Origin: Daphnia carinata
Lineage: Eukaryota
DNA: 64,000 nucleotides
Assembly: GCF_022539665.2 (NCBI RefSeq)
Contig: NC_081333.1
Span: forward strand, 12,896,001-12,960,000
Reading direction: 5' to 3'
Shown here in pieces: positions 30,927 through 40,531 of the stretch; position 1 is the first letter of the stretch; each line of letters begins with the position of its first letter. Position numbers and translations under genes: made by a program. Below the pieces are notes generated by a model. It made no database searches. It saw only the letters and a list, made by a program, of their open reading frames with translations, and was not told the origin of the DNA.

Positions 30927-32410
30927 TGTAAATAGAAATGCAAACAAAAAATGTAAATACAGTAGTCCGTGCATAATTCGATAAGTTTCAACTCATATTC
31001 ATGATTTATTCAATAAAACCATTGTTTAAAAATGCCATTCACGGATATTTCCCGCACTGCTGAAAAATTAGTGAACATTGTAATCGTTAGGTGGCTGCAG
31101 TATTGACTTTCACCGGTGCAACTATTGATACAAGCAATTGGTCGTGTAAACATCGTACGTCGGTACAAAAAAAAACGTGCCACTACATCACAAAAAGCAT
31201 AATTACATGAGGAATAATGAAACGTACGTATAAATGTTTTGGCAACATCATTTAGGTGCTAACAAAAAATGATGTTGCAAAAATTCCAAGTGGAGCAATC
31301 TCTATTGATTTAAGCAGACGCGCTATTGATCGTGCTGCCATGAATATCTATTAAAAGGTCAGCCAATCGGCAAAACGGCCCTGACGGGCGGGGGAATGTT
31401 GTTTATTCATGTCGTCGCACAATAGCTGAGACGATTGAAAAGAAGGGCACAACAAAACGTCTCGTATCAACTTAGGGCTCGTGACCGTGTTCGCAGAATC
31501 CCTCGTGAAAATTATTGCAACGTCATCAAATGGCCTTCACGCCGCACATCAAATGAGCTTTTCAAACACGATTTGCCGTCACAACCGGATGCCACGCATT
31601 ATTTTGAACGAAATTTTAGCGGGATATTTTTAACCTTTTTGTAGCCAATGATGAGCTGTCATTCCCATATTAACTCAACGAGTTTCAACTCATCGAATAA
31701 ACAACAGGATGCAGATGTGTGAGGACAGCCCATGCGGGGAGTTTTCCCGCACGTGCAACCATGACTTGCTTTTTGCGACTTGTTAATTATACCAAATAGG
31801 AAAACTTTAATTGAACTTGACTTTGTGTCATTGGCTTCCGTTTACGAATTGCGGATGAAGCTGTTTCTACACGTTAATCCAGAATGGCGGAATTCGGAGA
31901 AGATGTATTTTAATGAACGTAATGTTGAAATTCGATTAGTGTTTACAGTTTTGCCATAAATATTGAAAAAAGGGGCTGGAAAAAATGCGAACAAAAGTAG
32001 TTTTGGCTTTTCAAAGAAATGTTTGTTAAATTCTGTCAGCAGGTGGCACTCCTTTTACGAGCCAAACCTTTAGCCATGTAACGCTTCGACCACCACTGTA
32101 GCGTTCAAACATGCAAATCATCCCATTTTCAAGGTTGATGCCCGTGGGCAAAAAAATAGGAAAAAAAAAGGCTATAGAAAGAACGGGATCTTTCAACGCT
32201 GAATGCCTTTCCAAATGTATGCGGAGCTTGGACTGTCTGCAAGTTTCGAAGCGACGATGGAGCTTTCAAACTCGTTTCTACCTGTGTTCCATTCACCTGT
32301 GCAACTCATTTGTCTTGTTGTTGTTGTTTTTTTCCCTCCCATTTATTCTAAACGGCATCAACGTATTCGATACCCGCATCCATCGTTTGAGTGCAGTTGG
32401 CAATCAAAAC

Positions 32411-33093
32411 ATGTGGACGAGGATCACATCAGCTGGACCAGCAGACGCGCAGAAATGGGCAGAATCTTTTACTGCCCTTCTCTCGTCTAAACGTAAATTG
32501 CGGCATCTTTTTCATAGTTTTTTATTACATATCTTGGAATAGTTTTACGTCTGAAATTGATAGCCAATGTTGCCTAGATTGACCATTACTCTTGGTTCAA
32601 ACAAAAACATAGTCCCTGTCAAGCCTTAGGACATGCTACGATCTTTTTGCATTCCAGATGGATCTTCGCTTTACCACAGTTTTCTGCGAGGCGAATTCAG
32701 CAACGAAAACCTCGAATTCTGGCTGGCCGTTGAAGACTATAAAAATTCGAAACCGAAAGACATGGCAGCTAAAGCCCAGCAAATCTACAAGGACTTTTTG
32801 ACTGTCCAAGCCTCCAAAAAGCAACAGGTATAACCTAGTCTGTTTTAAGAACGCACCATTTTTGTTCACTTTACATTTAGGTCAATTTGGATGCCGAGAC
32901 GAGAGCCATTACGCTGGCCAACGTCCAAGCGGATAGTCCTGACCAACACGCATTCGATCAGGCCCAGAGAAAGATCCAGCACATGATGGAACGCGATTCA
33001 TACCAACGTTTCCTCAAGTCCGACCTCTTTCTCCAAGTCATCAATGGAAAAAACTGGAAAAGATTACTCTCATTTTCTTCATCTCTACCTTAA
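32411..33093 (+). CDS. Small regulator of G-protein signalling (RGS box only, about 154 aa)
   Basis: Exons 32411-32492, 32658-32827, 32881-33093 join in frame. WAESFTALL, FLRGEFSNENLEFWLAVEDYK, VNLD, FDQAQRKIQHMMERDSYQRFLKS. An upstream exon is possible (acceptor-like site near 32396). Confidence 0.88.
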
Positions 33094-33566
33094 CTCGATT
33101 TGCGTTTTAAAATGATCCAATTTCTTACCGAAAGCACATCAATTATTTCTCCAACCGTTTCAAACTATCTGGTCTAGTCTAAGGCAAATACAAAATACGC
33201 AACAACATTCGATAAGCTTTAATTAATCTAATAAAAAAAAGAAACGGGACCCGCCATCAAATGTAATTCGACAATACTTTTCCGCACCGAATCATCCTCT
33301 GGAATAAACTCTTAATGTGACAATAAAAATTGGCAAATGCTCTTCTTTTCAAGGCCAATGACCATCACCTGCAGGATGGGTGGGAACCTTTCGTCATCTC
33401 CCGAAACAACAACTCCCAATGTCACGTCCCTGCCGTGTGGCAAACTGCGTAAGAATAAGGATATGTTCAGACAAAAACAGGTTCGATGTACTTAAAGAAG
33501 GGATGAGATACTGGGTGTGGTTCTTATTGAATTAAGTTTTGCCTTAATGAGCGATTTCTGGGGGGG

Positions 33567-33572
33567 TATAAA
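33567..33572 (+). promoter_or_regulatory. TATA box of Tyr-rich secreted protein gene A
   Basis: GGGTATAAAT about 80 nt upstream of ATG 33650; the same 10-mer lies at the same relative position in the paralog at 63.6 kb. Confidence 0.65.
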
Positions 33573-33649
33573 TTGAAGAAGCTAGACAATACAAAGACAC
33601 ACTTGAACGTCAAGTTAACACAACAGCTCTCCCCTCATCTACTCTCATC

Positions 33650-34035
33650 ATGTACAAATCCATGGTATAGTTTTACACTTTGATAAGTTATTCATTTTTA
33701 CTATCTTTTAACTTGCTACAATTCTGTAGACTCTTTTGGTTTTGGTGGCTTTGGCTGCTTGCGTTGTCTCCATGGAGACCCAGGACCAGGAAGCTGCTGA
33801 GCAATACTACCGCCTTCACGGTTACTACCCCAGTTGGTACTCTTCCTTTGCCTACTCCGGGTACCCAGCTGCCTACCCAGTCGCCTACCCAGCTGCCTCC
33901 ACTGTCGGAATCAAGAATGTAGCCTATCCTTATTACGCTGCTTACCCATATGCTTACAGCGCCTATCCTTATGCTGCTCCGTACATGCCCTACGTCGCTC
34001 CGGCCGCTCCGGCTGAGGCCCCTGCCAAGGTTTAA
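33650..34035 (+). CDS. Small secreted Tyr/Ala/Pro-rich protein A (106 aa, cuticle-protein-like low complexity)
   Basis: Exon 33650-33664 (MYKSM) and exon 33730-34035. Signal peptide, then METQDQEAAEQYYRLHGYYPSWYS and repeated AYP/YPY motifs. Confidence 0.85.
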
Positions 34036-35251
34036 TTTAAACGCAAAGGTTACAAGAACATCAGAGCTGAGCTCAGGTGAAATGTTTGTCACTTTGTCAC
34101 AACCCGATATCAAACTTTTCTGTGTGTTTTAGAACAACTATTGGCGCGAAATGAAAACAGTGAAAAATAAATAGATTTCAAGACTTGAATTTCAAAGAAA
34201 TTTATAAGCTAGAAGTGTCGACGGCCATCAATGGTGGGAGTGGCCCTGCTGATGATAGACTTAACAATACAACGCCCCATGACAAAGGAAACTGCTACAA
34301 AAAGGCCAAATCGATTTTGACTTCAATGTCGTTAGCACGTACGTGTTTCAATTTACATGTAAAATAACTTAAATCACTTTCGGGAACTAGTTAATGAAAA
34401 ACTTCCACCTACATCACGTTTGACCCGTCCAGGGCAATTGACGCAGAGACATTGACTTTGTTAGAATGTACAGAACAAAATTATTTCTGTAAACTCTTTT
34501 TGGTGCAGATCGAGTTCGAAAAGATGAGATCCATTAGAAATGGAAAACATGCCCGTACTTAAAACTACACGGCTCTTTTTAAGTTACCACGTGCTACAGG
34601 TTAGGTTAGTATTCTTCGTTAGAAATGATAAACTAAGCGAAAAAAGAAGAAAAGAAAGCGGGGGTGAAGGATAGGTACGAAATTAGTATGATTAACGTGC
34701 CCTTCCATGCAGACTACGTCAAGGATGGGCAACAAAAAAAAATGTCCTACCTTTTTTTCTCCTACGAATTTCCAAGAAGAAGGTCACGAAAGGACACAGT
34801 TTTTAGTTCTTAATCTTCCTATCGTTTTACGTCTTTTCCACGTGTTCTACGTTAAATTGAACTCTTTGATCACTGCCAGTTACAAGTTGTACATCTGCTT
34901 GAACACCATAGTCTGCTTACACCATGATGTACCCTTGTACACCATGCTTACACTTGAACAAAAATTGTTGAAAATAGACGACTTTACTAGTCACTAAAGC
35001 CAAGCACAAAGAAACTATTGATTGGAAAGTTTTTCACGTTGTTGAAAACCACATGATGAATGGTTACACTGCCCTTGTTCTACGCTTCTCTTGATAAATG
35101 TCGAGAACAACAAATGCCAAAATGGGACTTGTCCGGACTTGTTGAATTTGCATTTTTCGCTGTGAGCTAGAAGAGGCTTCTCGATATGGGCTACTTTTTG
35201 AAGCAGACGAAAACGAAAAGTCAGGCAGCAGAAAACATAAAAAATTCCAGC

Positions 35252-37439
35252 ATGGCGTCCAGATATTCAAGAGGTGGTCGAGGAGGACGCGTTAAAAAAA
35301 AGCATTCTTTCCTTGTGAAGGCTCGAAAATACGGCAGGAAAGGATTATACGGTAGAGGAAAAAATGTGGACGAGGAAACCTATAATTATTTCGTTCGTGT
35401 TATGGAACGGTTAAATGAAGAGTTTGAAGACGAAGAAGAAAAAGGTTTGTTTCGGTTCTCGTTGTTGTTATTTATTTTTTTATTGACGAGTTTCAATGTT
35501 TTGCCAATCCAGATATGTTTGTCGTTAACGTGTTCGAGCAGACCACAGGAAAAGAAATGGACCTCATTTGCAATCAAGTGGTGTCCAAAGTAATGGAGAA
35601 GCTTCTACCACTTGCCAAAAATGAAACTCTTGAGTTCTTTGCTGATTTAATGCTGAAGAACATGAGAATCATCTGTACAGACCCTTATGCTAGCCATGTC
35701 TTGGAAAAAGTATGCAACACTTTCTTTTCACTCATTTAAAATGGCCACTAATTGTCTCTGGTTTCTTCATAGGTCATGAGAATTTGTCTTGAGAAAATAT
35801 CAAAAACAAATCCAGAAGATGGCACAGATCAACATTCTGCTTTCTGTCTCAAGTGGCTTTCTTCAGTCAGCCGCTATGCTTTCAATAACGTGGAGGAATT
35901 TATCTCTGACATCTATGCTAGCCATATACTACGAACATCACTGGAATGCCTTAGTGGGGTAGAACTCGACACGTTGCTGATGAAAAGCTACCGCTCCAGA
36001 AGACACATGGATCCTACCGCATCTTCTGACGCTATTCCAAAATACGAGTGTGCGGAATTCGTCACAATGCTACGTGATTTCGGTGAAAGGTTTGCCAGCT
36101 GGCCCCAACTGCACGGTAATCATAACATCGCATTGCATTTATAATGTATTTAAAGAAAAGGTTCTACAATTGATTAGACATGGTGCATTCCCAGGATTCA
36201 TCTGCTGTGATCCAAACGGTTTTGTTTTGCATGAACAAGACTGCGCCTGACCTTTGTAAGAAACTACTCGACTTTCTCGTCAAAGACATTTTATCAGCCA
36301 TACAGCCAGATGACATGTTTTCCAGCTCGGCTGTCGTTCACACATTAGAAGTCTGCGTGACTGTTAGCGACGATGAAATCTTCCGGCAGCTTTACCAGTC
36401 CCACTTTAAGGGACGATTGAAAGCATTGGCAGAGAATTTTGACCTAAAATTCTCGGTTGTGAAGTTACTAGACGCCGTCAAAGATAAAGAAGTGGTATGA
36501 TTGTTTTCAAGTTGATTCGACATTGGCTTTTAACGCATGTTCTTACAGTTTGCAGAAATATTTGAAGAATTAGCCCCAGCCATGGAAGACATATTCGCCG
36601 CTGGATGCGGTACTGTTGTCCTGAGTCTAGCAAACGCGTGTAAACGCCTATCGACTCTCCAGGCCAAGTTTTTGCAGGTATAACAGAACTTTTAATTTAC
36701 CCCCAACGTAATGCTAATATTTCTTTCATATAGAATTTGATGGAAACGTTCCATTGCTTCACACCTGAAATACGCCAGATAAAGATCGTGCCATTGGTGT
36801 CTCGTCTCATCACTTACGAAGTGGCTGAACAACCGGCCGAAGACCAACCTGCTTTCAAGTGCCACATCATTGGATCGCAAATTGTGCAGACATTGTTGCA
36901 CTTTGGCAAACCCATAAAAATCGTCCAAAGTCTATTGGAGATGGACACGAGCCAGCTGAGAGACTTGTTGAATGACTCATTCGGTAGTCGGATCATGGAC
37001 GCTTTTTATAGCGCTGAATTTGTGGGAGAAAAGAGTCACGACAAACTCTTCCAAAAGTTACAAGGGTGCTTTTGTTCGTTAGCCACATCCAAATTTGGTT
37101 CGCGATCGTTAGATGCTATTTGGCAAGCGAGTTCTGTGAAAACGCGGCAATTGATCGGAGAAGAACTTTTACAGAAAGAGACTGCGCTACTAGGCGATTT
37201 CTTTGGTCGTCTCATTTTTGGAAAATACGCTTTGCCGCTTCTGAAGAAACAAAAGAGCGATTGGAAGACGATGCAAGATAAGGAGAATAAAAAGAGGAAA
37301 CTGTTTGCAGACATTGTGGATCCTATTCTTGGTGAGTTTATGTTTAATACCACTAGTCTACTGAGTTTCATTGTTTATTTCGATAGATGGCGGCGAGAAC
37401 TCGGATCGACTCAATAAAAAGAAGAAAACGAAATCTTAA
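35252..37439 (+). CDS. NOP9: Nucleolar protein 9 (Pumilio-repeat 18S rRNA processing factor)
   Basis: Exons 35252-35444, 35513-35709, 35773-36115, 36178-36494, 36549-36677, 36734-37331, 37387-37439. PUF-like repeats (DPYASHVLEK, DIYASHILRT, GSQIVQTLLHF, FGSRIMDAF, FGSRSLDAIW) and basic N-terminus with ETYNYF. Confidence 0.88.
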
Positions 37440-37702
37440 TTCAAATTATTATTATGGTTTTCTAATACAGCGTGGACAATTCAATGCAAAGAGACCTTAT
37501 TGACGTTTGTCATTTGTTGTCAATAAGCAAAGTTTTTGAATAAGGTTTGCAAAAATTTGCTAAGTTTGTTTTAAACTGATTATGTCTTACCTATCTAAAG
37601 ACATACTCACATATCGAAGAAAATAGGCTTAATTGGCATTCGCCAGCAGGGTACAGGTACTGTCCGTATAATTATCAAGAATTGGATCACATACGGAGAA
37701 GA

Positions 37703-39904
37703 ATGAGTGTGAATACCCAACTTCTCAGCGATCCGTATTCAAGTTTAAATACTTCACAATGCAATAACCAGGATGTTTACGACTTTAATTTTGTTGAAGT
37801 TCCTCACAACTGGCTCAATGAACTACTCATTTGGGAAGGCGGCATCACGTTCAACGTCGTTTACTGGTCTATTATTTTACTCTTTTCCTTCGCAGTTCTT
37901 TACTTCCTCCGTTGGAAATGTCGTTGGCCATTTCTAATCCAACGTTTCGACGGGCAGGATGAACCAACACGTTCCAACTGGATCCTATCCATCGACGAAG
38001 AGGTGGTCGGTAAAGATGGCGCTACATACCTGTGGTTCCAGGTTCGGCAAATGATTGCATACACGTGGATATTGATCATCAGCATTGTTCTTATAATTGT
38101 CCATCGTTATGGCGATAAACAAGGAGATGTCAAAAACCTTAATTCAACGACGCTTTATAACATTGGAGTTAATGGGATCCACTGTGTGTTTTGCTTGACG
38201 GTGCTGGTCATTTTGGATAGGCAAATGTACAACCACGGACTGCAGCGTGGCATCAGATCATTTGCTAGTCCCAGGATTTCGGATAGAGTTTGCAATCGGC
38301 GCTGGCTCATGATCAGTGGACTTCCTCTTACAACCACAGTCGATTCACTTTTTGATGACTTAAAGAACAGGTTCGATTTGAAGGGCATCTGTCGTGAAAA
38401 CATTCATTTCGTTTACGATCTCAATAGTCTATGGCCAGTGAAAGAAAATTTGAAATTAGTAAGGGAAATCAAGCGTACTTTGCTAAGCACAGGACCTCAA
38501 CAGATACAAACTCGCTTTTGGGAATGCTTTTCCACCGAGGAGACACCTGGAACTAACCCAGACGATGCATTGACGTTCTACAGTGAAATGGAAAAGACTC
38601 TGCTGGACAAACGAGACGATATTATGAATAACTTGCAATTTGTTGGAATAGCTTTTATCGGTTTCGACAGTCCAGCTGAAGCTAAAGCAACTAAAAGTGC
38701 AGTGAAACAAGTCCAGCGATCTACCTGGTTTGGAAAGGATAAAGAAGACGATCAAGAATTCCGGCCTTCCATATGGACCATCGGATATGCCCCACCCGGC
38801 TCTGAAATGAACTGGCCGAAATTGCAGCAAAGGCCTCCTTTATGGAAGAACCTAATCATCTGGTTGGTAATAATCTTCATTTATTTTGGGTACATTGCTG
38901 TCATGGCCGCACCTGGATACATCGTGCAATCATTCCGGTTAGTAGGACGAGGAACAGACGAAATTTCATTAACTTGGCAATTGCTCATCTTACCTCATCT
39001 TGGGTCTTTCTTCACTCGCAGGATGACCGACTTTGTAACCAAAATTGACGAGTACAGACATCACACGACTGTGCCCAGCATCGAGTTGGGTAAGTTACAC
39101 ACCGTTTGTCATTTATCCGCCGTTCTTTATTTAATAAGAATGATGGCCATGAAACCACTTCCGTTGGTGTTTGCTGGTCAGTTTGACATCAGGGACATTC
39201 GGTGGGAATGTCTCTTTTTCCCAGAGCACGGTAGTTTCTTGAGTTGTGCTATCATCGTCAACACGGCCAGTGGAGTGCTAATGAATCACACAAGACTAGA
39301 ATTTCTCATATCTTACCTGTTGAAGTGGTTCACCTGCCGATCAGAAGCAGAACTAACAGTATGGAGACAAAATTATCGTCTTGGCTTTGATTTCACAAGC
39401 AATTATGCTGAACTTACCAGTAACTTTGGATTAACGATGCTCATCTTCATCATCTTTCCCGTTTTGGGCGTCATCTCGTGGATCTGCTGCATAGTGAGAT
39501 TCGTGAGCGACAGGGCAGCCATGATGGAAATATACGCCGTCAGCCAAACAAGTGCCGATTTGCATAGAGAACCGATAAACATGACGTTGAATTTGGTCAT
39601 CTTCTCTCCTTTAGTTTTACTTGGCTATCGGATCATTCAGTTGGGTCCAAACACCGTCCAGCATTTGGTGGAGTCGACTTTCTTAGCACCCCTTTGCGTA
39701 GCAATCTTGTACGCTTTGTATTTGATTGATGCACACGTGCGATTTCATTGGCAGAAAGTCGTCTGCTTACATCGATTGTTTGGTTATATCGATGACGATG
39801 TCGAAGAATCGGATATGATCGATAATCTGAACAACATCCTACACGAATACGATCCGTTGGCTAAAATTCGTCAAGAAGAAATGTCGTACAACATGACTGT
39901 CTAA
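37703..39904 (+). CDS. Divergent TMEM63/OSCA (CSC1-like) mechanosensitive channel family protein, intronless
   Basis: Single 733-codon ORF from ATG 37703 with about 10 hydrophobic segments and family-like motifs VGKDGATYLWFQ, WLMISGLP (RRM-like cytosolic domain), GIAFIGF, WTIGYAPPGSEMNWPKL and FDFTSNYA. Confidence 0.75.
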   Translation: MSVNTQLLSDPYSSLNTSQCNNQDVYDFNFVEVPHNWLNELLIWEGGITFNVVYWSIILLFSFAVLYFLRWKCRWPFLIQRFDGQDEPTRSNWILSIDEEVVGKDGATYLWFQVRQMIAYTWILIISIVLIIVHRYGDKQGDVKNLNSTTLYNIGVNGIHCVFCLTVLVILDRQMYNHGLQRGIRSFASPRISDRVCNRRWLMISGLPLTTTVDSLFDDLKNRFDLKGICRENIHFVYDLNSLWPVKENLKLVREIKRTLLSTGPQQIQTRFWECFSTEETPGTNPDDALTFYSEMEKTLLDKRDDIMNNLQFVGIAFIGFDSPAEAKATKSAVKQVQRSTWFGKDKEDDQEFRPSIWTIGYAPPGSEMNWPKLQQRPPLWKNLIIWLVIIFIYFGYIAVMAAPGYIVQSFRLVGRGTDEISLTWQLLILPHLGSFFTRRMTDFVTKIDEYRHHTTVPSIELGKLHTVCHLSAVLYLIRMMAMKPLPLVFAGQFDIRDIRWECLFFPEHGSFLSCAIIVNTASGVLMNHTRLEFLISYLLKWFTCRSEAELTVWRQNYRLGFDFTSNYAELTSNFGLTMLIFIIFPVLGVISWICCIVRFVSDRAAMMEIYAVSQTSADLHREPINMTLNLVIFSPLVLLGYRIIQLGPNTVQHLVESTFLAPLCVAILYALYLIDAHVRFHWQKVVCLHRLFGYIDDDVEESDMIDNLNNILHEYDPLAKIRQEEMSYNMTV

Positions 39905-40531
39905 ATTTCCTTTGAATTAATAATTCTTGTTTGTGTGCTGGAATTCAATAAACTGTCGATTTCTTACTATAAATTCTAAATTCGTAATTTCCATGCGATT
40001 GATTTGAGACGTACAAGATGTGAACGAGTAGACGAAGGATCATGTTTGATTATTTTCTGCAGTCAGTACACATACAAAGAACAGGAGAAGACGATAACGT
40101 TCGTCGTGTTTAGTTTTTGCTTACACATTGATGATTTTTTAATAAAAGCTTTGAAAAGGACGTTCTACGTGTGACGTCAGAGCAATGACTAGGAACTCGA
40201 CTTGTTTCAAACGGATAGGAAAACACATGATATCGAAGCGCAATTACAATAAAGTGACCAGAGAACTAATTGTTGTGATTCATTTTAGTTTAGAAAGTAA
40301 CAATGAGTGCACAAAAGAACAAAAAGAAAGGTGAGATCGTCGCATACAAGTCCATTGTTAGATTGGGGTTTACCATATACAATAATATCAAATATAGGAT
40401 TCCTGGTTAGGGGGATTTCTACCCCACGTGATACACACTCAATGGTTTAGGTTAAATTATGACTAGCTATCTATCAAAACGTTGCGATTAGTTTCTATTC
40501 TAATGCATAATATAGTGCCGAAAATTTAGAC

